Virus record (IMG/VR): IMGVR_UViG_3300042558_001076
Length of the DNA: 64,000 nucleotides
Direction: 5' to 3' (one strand)
From: an uncultured virus (IMG/VR IMGVR_UViG_3300042558_001076)
Lineage: Duplodnaviria; Heunggongvirae; Uroviricota; Caudoviricetes
This document shows, piece after piece, positions 9,892-20,315 of the stretch; within the stretch, counting starts at the first letter, position 1; each line of letters begins with the position of its first letter. Both the position numbers and the translations under genes were made by a program. The notes beneath the pieces were generated by a model, which was given only the letters and a program-made list of their open reading frames with translations, ran no database searches and was not told the DNA's origin.

Positions 9892-12800
9892 ATGGCTCAA
9901 ATTACAAAACTTTTTACGAAAGGTTTAGATACTGATACGGCTCCCCATCTTCAAGACAAGGAGTCGTATTCTTCTGCTATGAATGTCCATTTTTCTTTGG
10001 GTTCTTTATTAGGCCCTAGTGATGGACAAGGTGGTGGTATGGAAAGTTATAATACAGGTGGAGATGCAGGTGTTATAGAACCATTTGCAGGTAATACAGA
10101 TTGGACAAGTTTATTTACTTCGATGCCTGGGTTAAACCCATTTGTTAGTAATAGAAACTACGTTAGGGGTTATGACAAAGATGGTGCTAAATGTATTGGG
10201 TATGCAACTGATGACACAGAGTCGTTAAGTAGCAATACAAGATACATTTACTTATTTATTTATACACCTCAATATGGCAATCCTATTGAAACTGCTAACT
10301 CTTATATAGTAAAAGTGGCTTTACAATATGATGCTTCAGGTTCTAAAATAACTACAATCAAGCCAAGCCAATCATCTGTATTATTAAATGGAGAATGGGT
10401 TAATAATTCAGGGATAGATGATTTAGGGTTTTTACCTACTGACTTTATATCTGCTAGGGTTAGTGGCAATCAATTGATATTTACTGATAATAGAAACAAC
10501 ATTAGATATGTTGATGTAAATAAAGATTACTATACTAATAAACCTTCTTTTGAAGAGTTATCTTTAATTACAGAGCCAGGTCACGTACCTTTAACAAGTG
10601 TTAGAGGAAGTAGTGCAACTGACCCTATTATTATACAAAAGAATAACTATCAGTTTACTTATAGAATAACCAATGAGGACAACTTTATATCTGTATTAGC
10701 TCCTTATAGTGTAACTTCTTTGTCAGCTAGACAAGAAGAAATAACTGCACTATCTTATAGCTCTAATATAGTTACAATAGATTTAGATAAAGCACAGGTT
10801 ATTCCTGATAATTGGAAGAAAATAGAATTTGTTGCTATTAATTTAGAGACTGCATCATATCAAGTAATTAGGGTGTTTGATAAATATGACCAAACTTCAA
10901 GAACTTATAACTTTGGATTTGGTCCAGTTAGTTATACTGATGCTCAGTTAGTAGCAGACCATAATGACCCAGGTGCTCCATTTATATTTATTACCTATCA
11001 AAATTGGAATGGTACAAATATACAATATACCTTATCATCTACAGAAGCTTTTAAACAATTTGATAGTTTACCTATAACTTCTAAAGCTTTAGAATTAGCC
11101 TCTAATAGACTATTCTTGGCAAATAATCTTGAAGGTTATAATACACCAGCAACACCTCCAGATATCCCTGCAGATGTAACTACAGGACTATATACAGCAC
11201 CTACAAGTGCACAAGTATCTTGGGGTAGTTCACCAGCAGGAAATAACGGACCAATACTTGGGGGTACTCCAACTTTATTAATGGTAAGAAACCAAGGAGC
11301 TTCTACAGGATTTTATTATTGTTGTATTATAACAAGAGATTATGTTAATGGCGTAAACTATGGGTTTCCTGTAGATTGTGGTACTATAATATTTGAGCAA
11401 TCAAATCCTGCAACTGTTGCTCCTGATGGAACATTGACTTTAAGTAAGTCTATTGATGGGTATAGTGGTAATTTAATTGAATTGCCCCATTACATATCTG
11501 AGAAGTCATTAATTAAATTAAATGAAACTGGAGACCCTAAACTAGAAGATGTTTATAATACTCCTGCTAGAGGAATCCGATTAAATATATTAAAAGAATT
11601 AAATGAGTTTGCAGCTAATGTAGTATTAGGCACAACTGGAGATGAATTTATATACCCATTAAGTAATAGTGTAGGTCAAAACTGTATTGTTTTAAATGCA
11701 GCTGCTTATGCATCAGGTTTAAAACAAAGAGCATTTTATCCTAACTCTTCATATGAGTATGGTATTCAGTATTACGATAGTGCTTTAAGAAAATCTGGAG
11801 TTAAAAAAATTAACTCTATTAATGTACCTACATATGAACCAGTAAATAAACAACTTTTAGAGTATGTAGATTTTGATACTACTATAACGCAAGCTGGTGG
11901 AGTAATACCTAGTTGGGCTAACTATTATTCTATATGTGTTGCAAAAAATACTAAGGCATCTAATTTTATTTCTTTCATGCCAGACATGATGCGTTTTGCT
12001 TATAAAAATGCTGATGGTGTATTGGTTTATGACCAAAATGAAACTTCAACAAAATTAGAATATTATGGGTTAGCAATTCCTTTGTCATCACTTTATAAAG
12101 ATGGATTAGGATATAGCTATACGGCTGGTGATTTATGTGAATTAAATATAAAACCAACTGGTTCTTTAACTCCTGTAACATTAACTTATCCAGTTATAAA
12201 TGCAATAGATGGATACGTTATATTAGGGGCAGATAGAGCAACAATGTTGAATTATATATCTGCACAAATAAATCAAATATTTTTAGACTCTTCAGCTCCA
12301 TCTCCATGGACAGGTGCTAGCTTTAGCTACCCAGTCAGAAGATTTCAAGAAGAAATATTTGTAAGTATTTATACCCCTGTATTAACAACTCCTTCAGAAT
12401 ATGAAGTAGCAATGTTTGGAGAAATAACAAGTTCTACTACTTTTGGAACTCCATTTAATATAAGCGGAAGTCAATTATTTGGAGACACATATACTCAATC
12501 AAGAGATGCGCAAGGTGGTTCTCAAATGATGTTGAGTAAAGCACGTTATGAAATAAATCAAATCAATTGGATACATGACTTTGGCAGAATTGCACCTATA
12601 GATAATATAGGTCAAAAACAATTAACCAATTCTATTAGATGGTCTAATGTTAAATTACCTAACTCTAATGTAAATGGGTTATCTACATTTGACGCATTAG
12701 ATGAAACATCTGTAGACCAATCATCAGGTCCAATTACTACTATATTCTTGTCTAGCAAAGAAGCTAACCAAGGTGGACGTATGTTGGTGTTATGTAACTC

Positions 12801-13797
12801 TGGTAGTTATATAGCATTAATAGGACAACAACAAATATATTCTGCTGACCAAACCCCTGCGTTAACATCATCTGCAGGTGTACTTGGTACAATACTCCCA
12901 CTTACTAATCTTTGGGGTTGCATTAGCCCTCAAAGCGTTGTAGGGTACAAAGGTATTGTTTTCTGGGCAGACGCCCTTAATAGGGAAATAATACAGTTTG
13001 CTGGAGATGGGGCTTCTCCTATTAGCCAACAAAAAGCAGGCTTCCTTTGGAATCAAGTATTTAGAAACTTACCATTTGATGATAGCGCTAATAGTGCAGC
13101 TAATATTAAATGTGGTATTAACCCATACACATATGAGTTGTTTGTTACTTGCCCTAACCCAAGTATAACAGGTAAACAATATCCTGGTAACTGTGGAGAT
13201 AATCATATTAATCAATACATAGGAAACAAGAATGTATCTTATGTATATAACTGGCAAGCTAATACTTGGATAGGTGGATATGAAGATAATCCTGACCAAT
13301 GGATAAGAGTAGGTGATGATGTATTCTCTATTGGTTCTCAATACGGTACAACTGGGTTGAAACTATATAAAGAATTTGACAATACTACTGGTGTGTTTAA
13401 TCAAGCTACAACAGGCGCTTGGATAGCTGCTCCATATAGCATAGGTACATACCCTGCTACAATAGAACCATTATCAGTAATCTTAATGGGTCAATTAACA
13501 ACTACAAGTACAGTTATATATGCTAGAGACAACTCTACCAATGTAAATAATAACTTAACCCAGATTAGTTTGATTAGCGATGGCAACTACGCTATGAGAG
13601 AAGGAGAAATGTTTAGCTCTGTGTATAGAAATAGATTGAGCAATAACGCTACTACCAATACAGAGTATGATACTCAAAACATAGTAGGAGATAGAATAAG
13701 AACTAAAACTCCTTGGGTACAATTAAACTTCCCTACAAATCAGCAAATTAACCTACAAGGTATAAGATTAGAAGTTAAGCAGAGCTCTGGACACTAA
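9892..13797 (+). CDS. crAss-like tail stabilisation (muzzle) protein
   Basis: 1301 aa; N-terminal FTKGLDTD, LIFTDNRNNIRY, NRLFLANNLEGY, YEYGIQYYD and WGCISPQS motifs resembling podovirus tail stabilisation proteins; last gene of the tail module. Confidence 0.65.
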   Translation: MAQITKLFTKGLDTDTAPHLQDKESYSSAMNVHFSLGSLLGPSDGQGGGMESYNTGGDAGVIEPFAGNTDWTSLFTSMPGLNPFVSNRNYVRGYDKDGAKCIGYATDDTESLSSNTRYIYLFIYTPQYGNPIETANSYIVKVALQYDASGSKITTIKPSQSSVLLNGEWVNNSGIDDLGFLPTDFISARVSGNQLIFTDNRNNIRYVDVNKDYYTNKPSFEELSLITEPGHVPLTSVRGSSATDPIIIQKNNYQFTYRITNEDNFISVLAPYSVTSLSARQEEITALSYSSNIVTIDLDKAQVIPDNWKKIEFVAINLETASYQVIRVFDKYDQTSRTYNFGFGPVSYTDAQLVADHNDPGAPFIFITYQNWNGTNIQYTLSSTEAFKQFDSLPITSKALELASNRLFLANNLEGYNTPATPPDIPADVTTGLYTAPTSAQVSWGSSPAGNNGPILGGTPTLLMVRNQGASTGFYYCCIITRDYVNGVNYGFPVDCGTIIFEQSNPATVAPDGTLTLSKSIDGYSGNLIELPHYISEKSLIKLNETGDPKLEDVYNTPARGIRLNILKELNEFAANVVLGTTGDEFIYPLSNSVGQNCIVLNAAAYASGLKQRAFYPNSSYEYGIQYYDSALRKSGVKKINSINVPTYEPVNKQLLEYVDFDTTITQAGGVIPSWANYYSICVAKNTKASNFISFMPDMMRFAYKNADGVLVYDQNETSTKLEYYGLAIPLSSLYKDGLGYSYTAGDLCELNIKPTGSLTPVTLTYPVINAIDGYVILGADRATMLNYISAQINQIFLDSSAPSPWTGASFSYPVRRFQEEIFVSIYTPVLTTPSEYEVAMFGEITSSTTFGTPFNISGSQLFGDTYTQSRDAQGGSQMMLSKARYEINQINWIHDFGRIAPIDNIGQKQLTNSIRWSNVKLPNSNVNGLSTFDALDETSVDQSSGPITTIFLSSKEANQGGRMLVLCNSGSYIALIGQQQIYSADQTPALTSSAGVLGTILPLTNLWGCISPQSVVGYKGIVFWADALNREIIQFAGDGASPISQQKAGFLWNQVFRNLPFDDSANSAANIKCGINPYTYELFVTCPNPSITGKQYPGNCGDNHINQYIGNKNVSYVYNWQANTWIGGYEDNPDQWIRVGDDVFSIGSQYGTTGLKLYKEFDNTTGVFNQATTGAWIAAPYSIGTYPATIEPLSVILMGQLTTTSTVIYARDNSTNVNNNLTQISLISDGNYAMREGEMFSSVYRNRLSNNATTNTEYDTQNIVGDRIRTKTPWVQLNFPTNQQINLQGIRLEVKQSSGH

Positions 13798-13803
13798 AAG
13801 AAA

Positions 13804-13824
13804 AACCCCTCATAAAGAGGGGTT
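13804..13824. terminator. intrinsic terminator between convergent modules
   Basis: AACCCCTC-ATAAA-GAGGGGTT hairpin; T-tract on the minus strand. Confidence 0.8.
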
Positions 13825-13830
13825 AATTAT

Positions 13831-14580
13831 TTAATCACCAAATCCAGAAAAATTTACTTTCTGATTCCCAAATCCTGGGTAAGAACGCTGAGGTCCTTGG
13901 TAACTTACATCAAATGGTCTAGGTTTTGAAATTGAACTTATTCCTGGAATGTCAACTTGTTTCATGTTTCTACTAAACAATCCACTTAATCCACCTAAAA
14001 CGCCAGGTAAAGCACCAAAAATATTTTTATTAGAGTCATTAATATCTTGTCTATACGCTTGCATTTTACCAAGTTCAAAAGCTTGCTTTTCTTGATTAGC
14101 AGCTAAAGCATCTTCATATTTCAACATTCTTTGTTGTGCCATAGCGTTTTGAGCTTGGCCTAAAGTTTGACCTTTTTGTAATTGGTTTTGAAACTGTTGA
14201 GCACCTAATCTAGCCGCACCTTGCATTGTATTACCTGCAACTTCACCAGCTGTAGCTAAAGCTTGACTACCGCTAGAAGCATTTCTTTGAGCAGTTCCCA
14301 TATAGTTAGCTAATGCTTGTTCTTGTGCTGCTCTAGCTTGTTTTACAGATTGGTCTTCAGCATTATACTGAGCCTGCTCCATAGCTAATCTTTGTTTGAT
14401 TTCAGGAGATATTTGGAAACTTGGTCTTCCACCCATAGCGAGTTTATGGGCTTCTTCAGCTTGGTTATATTGCTTTTTTGCTTTTATATTACCAACCACA
14501 CCAGCAATGCCCTGGAACAAACCTGTCCCTAAACTTACTGGGTCTATACCTTTGTCAATTAATTTATCTAAAAAACTCAT
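13831..14580 (-). CDS. putative ejection/pilot protein
   Basis: Gly-rich hydrophobic segments flanking Ala/Gln coiled coil; has own late motif. Confidence 0.5.
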   Translation of the reverse strand: MSFLDKLIDKGIDPVSLGTGLFQGIAGVVGNIKAKKQYNQAEEAHKLAMGGRPSFQISPEIKQRLAMEQAQYNAEDQSVKQARAAQEQALANYMGTAQRNASSGSQALATAGEVAGNTMQGAARLGAQQFQNQLQKGQTLGQAQNAMAQQRMLKYEDALAANQEKQAFELGKMQAYRQDINDSNKNIFGALPGVLGGLSGLFSRNMKQVDIPGISSISKPRPFDVSYQGPQRSYPGFGNQKVNFSGFGD

Positions 14581-14599
14581 ATTATGTGTTTATTTGTCT

Positions 14600-14611
14600 A
14601 TATAATACGTT
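14600..14611 (-). promoter_or_regulatory. late promoter motif AACGTATTATAT
   Basis: exact reverse complement upstream of ORF 13831-14580. Confidence 0.65.
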
Positions 14612-17600
14612 TAATCTAAGCTATAAAGCATTGAACCAAAATCTAATGTATCTATCTCTTTTTCAGAGCGTTGCAATATGTTCATGTAGTCTTCATCAAA
14701 CAATATATCACCTTTGATTTTACCTACATCAACCCTATTACTATTAGCATCTTTAAACAATGTATCTAATTCTTCTTTGCTAAATGAGAACTTCTTAGCA
14801 GCATTGTAATACATTTTATTAGCTTTTACAGTTGCTCTCAATAGTTTGTTAAGAATTTCTTTTTGCTTATCTAATTGTTCTTTTATATCCTTGTCTTCTA
14901 ATATAGCTTGCTTTTGGTCAAAGCTTGGTATTTCATAGAAACTATTAACACGGCTACCGTCTTCTTTCTTATATCTAGTTGCAGCTAAATTTAAAATCTT
15001 ATCTACTTCTTCATTAGCCATTATAATAGCATCACTTGCTCTTTTATGTTCTTTTCTAATTCTACCAGACAATGAACCATATACATTAATCTCCATCTTT
15101 TTACCTCTGAACCCGCTAACAATCATATCATTAATTGTATTACCAGCAGCATCAACCCACTCTTCATTAGCATACTTAGCCATTTCAGCATTTTTAGTAT
15201 AAGTACTCATGTCACCTGGTAATACACCTTGAACAAAGTTTTTACCATTCACATAGGTTTTATTAATTAAACCTTCTGATTGAGATTCATTAGCTGTCTT
15301 TTTATCGTTAGCAGCTTTAAAAGCAGTAAGTAACAATACAGGAGCACCACCAAATGTTAATAATTGGTCAGATACTACATCAATAGACCTGTTACCTACC
15401 CCTTTATAGTCAGCATATGGTCTATCGGAAGGAGACTTATCATACATTAAACCTCTCAACCAATCGGTAACAACAGCAAACTGGTCGTTTTGGCTAAGGT
15501 TTAATACTGTCATCTTCTTGGTCTTAGGGTCATATGTATACTCAATACTTTTATCGTATAGGTAATCAGGTAAAACTAATTGAACGGTTTGTCTCATTGA
15601 CGCATCACCATTTAAAACAGCTTTAGCATTAGCATACATCTCATACATAAGATTAGTTTCACCAAGGCCAGAGTTAGTAATTACACCATTCTGTTTCATT
15701 TGGTCCTCTTCTTTGCTAGAGTTGAATATACCACTCATTAAAGCATAAGTACCTTGTAATGCACCACTAAATGTAGCAGCACCAATCATCTTAGTTCTTC
15801 TTTTGTTTCTAGCTAACTTGTTAATCATATCTTGATTTTCTAATTTATCATCAGAAAACTTAATATGCTTGTAGCTTTTATCTAAATCATATCCTGCTAC
15901 TTGACGTGCAGTATTATACATTGTACGATACATTTCATATCGGTATCTAGCAAACGTACCGACACCTCTAAACTTACCAAATTCAGCTGCTCTTGAAGGG
16001 GTTGCAAAGTCTTCTTTAACATCTAATGAAGCAGCTTCTCTAACGGCTTTCATTTGTTTCTCGTTCAACTCATAGAAGTTCTTACCATATATATCCAAAG
16101 ATATAGTGTTTCTTCTTATCTCATATTGTACCATCTTAGGTGCAACGTCCCCTAATATAAACAGCTTCTGCATACCTTTAACAGCAGCTTTAGCCATATA
16201 ACCCATAGAGTTATAGAATTGTTTATATAAAGCATCTGTGTTGCCTATTTTAAGAGCATCATCAAACTTGTTATCTGAGTTTAATACTTTAACCCATTGG
16301 TTTATTGCATCTTCACTAATAGAAGTAATAGCACCATCTTGTAAAGCATCTTGGGCTAATCCTTTAATATAGCCCTCTGTTTTCCCTTTTTGTTCAGCGC
16401 TTCTGTTCTCATAATACAATGTACCATCAACTAAAAAGTTGCTTCCTTTTTTTGCCATTGAAGTAGTCATTCTGATTAAATCAGGATAAGTACCAGACAA
16501 CATAAATGCACCTTTAAAATATGACTCAAAGTTTCTAATAATAGAAGATAAGTTTAAACTTACTTTCATCATATTAACAAGGTCTACTTGACCCATATAT
16601 ACATTACCTATCTTTTGGGCTAATGTAGATTGAAGTGTTTCATCACCAATAGTAAACGAAGGCATTTCAAACATAGCTTTGTATAACAATGGGTCCATTT
16701 TATACCCATACAAAGGTCCTTGCATTTTTTTTGTAGCACCAGGGTAAGCACTTTCTCCACCTACTAATACATAGTTCTTGTATTTATTATCTCTTACATT
16801 ACCCTTTACAATATATCCAGCTTCTAATCCCATCTCCAATATGTTATTATGGAGTTGTAATTTGTTACCAAGGTTTTGCAATCTACCAATAGTATAGAAG
16901 TAATTTTTAAATACATTATTGCTTTCTCCAATAACTTCTCTGTACCATTGTGGCAAGTCCTTTCTCTTCATGAATTGCTTAGTGTTTATAGAACCATTAG
17001 CTGACTCCATATACTGACCTTTCTCTACATGTTGGATAGCATCTTCATATAATCTTTTAGCTTCATCAATTACGTCTTTATTGTACTGATTTTCTTCAGC
17101 CTCATACTCTTTAGTTAATTTATCAATATTGTTGATAATTTCATTGTATTCAGTTTGCCATTTATTTTTATTCTTAACCTCCCCACTATTCATAGCAGTC
17201 TCTGCATCTATTTTCTTTTGGGTTTCAGCAGTTAATTTATCTTTTAAACCTTGCAAATCTATTGCTCTTTGTCTAAAACCTGTTCCAGCATTGATATCAG
17301 CAGCTGTATCAGAATAACCATTCTTAACCCATGTTTGGAACCCATCAATAGCATTTTTTATTTGCTCTGGAGATAAGTCTTTAACCCATTGTGCATTTGC
17401 TATTGGCTTATCTTCTTTAACTAATACTCTTAGTCCAGGTATTTTAGATATTATTCTATCTTTAACTTTCTTAGATACAGGTACATTAGGGGTTGTATAT
17501 TTATCATATAATCTAGCTACATAAGTACCTAGGTTTTTTTGATACTCAGATAACTCAGCAGCACTTAACCAACCTGTGCCCATAATGAACTCAGATGCGT

Positions 17601-19800
17601 TATCTATATTAGACCTCATTAAATCTACAGTAGTTTTTAATTTAGGGCTAAGTAAATCAAATGCAGCTCTATCACCTTTCAATGCATTATCAATAACTTT
17701 AGATAAACCTTCAGCTGTACCCATAGGGTCTGGTTCAGTTTTACCTTGGTTTAATTCACCAATGTATTCTGACATTTCATTCTTTAAAGTATTCAATAAT
17801 TCAATATCGGTTCTCTCATAGTATGCTTTCATACCTTGAGCCTTTTCCAACTCAGACAATGCTGACATTGGTAATTTTCTATCAGCAGGTAATAACCAAT
17901 TTTTTAAATTGATTTGTCTCTTAGCTAATTTCTTTTCGTCAGTTCTAATATTAACAACATCTCCAACAACATCTTCTTCTCTATCAGATATCTTCTTTAA
18001 AGGTTTCTCAGAAGAAGGCAATGCTTCAATGTCACCAGAACCTTTATAAACTTTACCTTGATTTTCAGAAATTGCTTGCTGTTTTTTAACAAGCTCATTA
18101 ATTTCATTTCTGATGGCTTTTTTATTTTCAGGGGAAAGGTCCTCTACGTTTAATAAATCTTGAAGCTCAACAATTTTATCAATAATTTGTTCCTCTTCAC
18201 TCTTTATTCCACTATCAATATTTTCTGTTTCATATGCTGCTTTAGCTTTTGCAAACGGAATTTTTTCAGCGGTAGTAGGCTTAACCTCGTTTGTTAATCT
18301 TGATTTGATTTGTTTGCCTGAAACGTCTTTACCGCTTGATTTAGACAAGCCATCACCTAACTCTTTAAATGCGTCTCCAACTAAACCAGAAGGCATACTA
18401 CCTCTTCTTGTGCTTAATGTACCAATAGAATTAGAACCAGCAAATTCAGCTGGTACTCTAAGGTTACCTACCATTATATCACCTAATATTTGTTCAGTTA
18501 ATGAACTAACATCTTGAGGTGTTAAGTTGTTCATGCTTAACCCTTCGTTCTCTGCATATTCTTGTAGTAACCCTGATTGTTCAAACAAATCTTCAGCTTT
18601 CTTTAATATAGCCTTACCTTTATTTGATTGATTTAATATATCAATTACATCAGTAGAATATATAGGTTCAGGTTTAGTTTCTTTTTTAGCTGCACCTCTA
18701 CCTTGTTGTGGTGACTTGTTTTGGTTTCGTTGTTGTTCTGCAGCTATTTGTGCAGGTGTTTTATCTTCAATAAGTTTAGTAGTCGCCATTCTAGCTTTAC
18801 CACTCTTAGTTCTAATACCTCCAGATACTTCATCAGCCAATTTAGAAGTAAAATCTTTTAAAGATAAATTACTTACTTGATTGTATGTTAATCCTTTAAA
18901 TCCTTTCTTATCAACAAAGCTTTCAATCATAGTAGTATACCATTTTGAAAACTCATTATTTGATTTTGTTTTAAACGCCTTTTCTGTCTCTCTTGAAAGT
19001 ATTTCGCTTGCTAAATTGTTTTCTCCTTCTATACCACTACCTAATGTAATATCAAAATACTCATAAAGATAGTTATCAGCTTTGCTTAATACAACTTGAT
19101 TTTTTGCTTGCTCCATTGCAAGAGTCTTAGCTTCAGCATCTGATTTTTTCTCAAATTGATATTTAGCCCTAAGCATATCATAAGCTTGTTTATACTTGAT
19201 ATACTTGTTATATTGAGATGATGCTTTTGCAATATTAATACCAGCCTGAAATATTCTTGGGCTTCTTTTCTCTATGAACTTAAACCATATATGGGTTGAC
19301 TCATGGAGAGGTGCGTCTAATGATGCTTGAGACGCATTGATATACATAGTTTTGGTATTAGGGTCGTAGAAAGCCTCATCATATTCAGAAGCTTCAACCC
19401 CATCATAGTATTCTTTATGGACTTCATTAAATGTCTTAGCGTCAGCAACAACTACCTTAACACCTGGTGCAGTCTTATTGTTTTCTCTGTAGATGTCATT
19501 GACGTCATTAGCAAATTTCTTAACCCCTGTTTCGTCAAAGCTTCCTTTAGAACCCTTGATAGACTCAGTAGTAACTACATTACCATCTTTATCAGTAGTA
19601 ACAACGCCATAGTTTTCTCCAGCTATAGCATTGTCAATGTCTTTAAATATAGTAGGTGAAGATAAAGAACCTTCAAATGTTTTGCTATCAACAGAAATAA
19701 GACCTCTTTCCTTTAAAGAAGCAAGGTCTTTTTCTGATAATTTTTTAATTAGGTCGGCATAAGAATACGTTTGCCCTTTGTATGTATAGATACAATCCAT
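14611..19800 (-). CDS. large virion cargo/ejection protein with zincin-like metallopeptidase motif
   Basis: 1729 aa; FYDP....YIN.....DAPLHESTH (HExxH); size and position match crAss-like cargo genes. Confidence 0.6.
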   Translation of the reverse strand: MDCIYTYKGQTYSYADLIKKLSEKDLASLKERGLISVDSKTFEGSLSSPTIFKDIDNAIAGENYGVVTTDKDGNVVTTESIKGSKGSFDETGVKKFANDVNDIYRENNKTAPGVKVVVADAKTFNEVHKEYYDGVEASEYDEAFYDPNTKTMYINASQASLDAPLHESTHIWFKFIEKRSPRIFQAGINIAKASSQYNKYIKYKQAYDMLRAKYQFEKKSDAEAKTLAMEQAKNQVVLSKADNYLYEYFDITLGSGIEGENNLASEILSRETEKAFKTKSNNEFSKWYTTMIESFVDKKGFKGLTYNQVSNLSLKDFTSKLADEVSGGIRTKSGKARMATTKLIEDKTPAQIAAEQQRNQNKSPQQGRGAAKKETKPEPIYSTDVIDILNQSNKGKAILKKAEDLFEQSGLLQEYAENEGLSMNNLTPQDVSSLTEQILGDIMVGNLRVPAEFAGSNSIGTLSTRRGSMPSGLVGDAFKELGDGLSKSSGKDVSGKQIKSRLTNEVKPTTAEKIPFAKAKAAYETENIDSGIKSEEEQIIDKIVELQDLLNVEDLSPENKKAIRNEINELVKKQQAISENQGKVYKGSGDIEALPSSEKPLKKISDREEDVVGDVVNIRTDEKKLAKRQINLKNWLLPADRKLPMSALSELEKAQGMKAYYERTDIELLNTLKNEMSEYIGELNQGKTEPDPMGTAEGLSKVIDNALKGDRAAFDLLSPKLKTTVDLMRSNIDNASEFIMGTGWLSAAELSEYQKNLGTYVARLYDKYTTPNVPVSKKVKDRIISKIPGLRVLVKEDKPIANAQWVKDLSPEQIKNAIDGFQTWVKNGYSDTAADINAGTGFRQRAIDLQGLKDKLTAETQKKIDAETAMNSGEVKNKNKWQTEYNEIINNIDKLTKEYEAEENQYNKDVIDEAKRLYEDAIQHVEKGQYMESANGSINTKQFMKRKDLPQWYREVIGESNNVFKNYFYTIGRLQNLGNKLQLHNNILEMGLEAGYIVKGNVRDNKYKNYVLVGGESAYPGATKKMQGPLYGYKMDPLLYKAMFEMPSFTIGDETLQSTLAQKIGNVYMGQVDLVNMMKVSLNLSSIIRNFESYFKGAFMLSGTYPDLIRMTTSMAKKGSNFLVDGTLYYENRSAEQKGKTEGYIKGLAQDALQDGAITSISEDAINQWVKVLNSDNKFDDALKIGNTDALYKQFYNSMGYMAKAAVKGMQKLFILGDVAPKMVQYEIRRNTISLDIYGKNFYELNEKQMKAVREAASLDVKEDFATPSRAAEFGKFRGVGTFARYRYEMYRTMYNTARQVAGYDLDKSYKHIKFSDDKLENQDMINKLARNKRRTKMIGAATFSGALQGTYALMSGIFNSSKEEDQMKQNGVITNSGLGETNLMYEMYANAKAVLNGDASMRQTVQLVLPDYLYDKSIEYTYDPKTKKMTVLNLSQNDQFAVVTDWLRGLMYDKSPSDRPYADYKGVGNRSIDVVSDQLLTFGGAPVLLLTAFKAANDKKTANESQSEGLINKTYVNGKNFVQGVLPGDMSTYTKNAEMAKYANEEWVDAAGNTINDMIVSGFRGKKMEINVYGSLSGRIRKEHKRASDAIIMANEEVDKILNLAATRYKKEDGSRVNSFYEIPSFDQKQAILEDKDIKEQLDKQKEILNKLLRATVKANKMYYNAAKKFSFSKEELDTLFKDANSNRVDVGKIKGDILFDEDYMNILQRSEKEIDTLDFGSMLYSLD

Positions 19801-20300
19801 TACTTAAAGTGTTTGTTTTCGAAGTAGAATAATTGGAATTTGTCAGTAGCGTCTATCAATTCTAATTTATTTAAGAAATCGCTATACAAAGCTACGCTAT
19901 CTTTTTGAATTGTCCTAAACTGTTGTAACAAATCAAAAGCGCATAGGTCTCCAATTTTAAAGACTGCTTTGCTAGAGTCTTCGTAATCTTCATAAAGTTT
20001 ATACTCCATTTCGTATGCTTGCTCAAGAATATCTACTAAGCCATCAAACTCCAAAGGAGGCTGCTCAATAGCATCTAATTCAGGGATAACATTCCAATCA
20101 CGGATAAACTTTTCAAGTATCTCAGAGTGTTCTAATTCTTCTTTAGACTCGTGTTGGAAGAACGCTCCTGCTTTCATATATCCTTTCTCAAAACACCAGT
20201 TAGCTGCTGCTTTATAGAAATAAAAAGCTTTATGTTCATCACATATTCTTGGGGTTAATTCTGCTACTACTTCTTTAGGTAGTTGTACTGGTTTTATCAT
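19800..20300 (-). CDS. ferritin (non-haem, FtnA-like)
   Basis: four-helix ferritin pattern: DEHKAFYFY, GAFFQHESKEELEH, QAYEMEY, DLCAFDLLQQFRTIQ. Confidence 0.85.
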   Translation of the reverse strand: MIKPVQLPKEVVAELTPRICDEHKAFYFYKAAANWCFEKGYMKAGAFFQHESKEELEHSEILEKFIRDWNVIPELDAIEQPPLEFDGLVDILEQAYEMEYKLYEDYEDSSKAVFKIGDLCAFDLLQQFRTIQKDSVALYSDFLNKLELIDATDKFQLFYFENKHFK

Positions 20301-20315
20301 TTTATATAGTTTTTA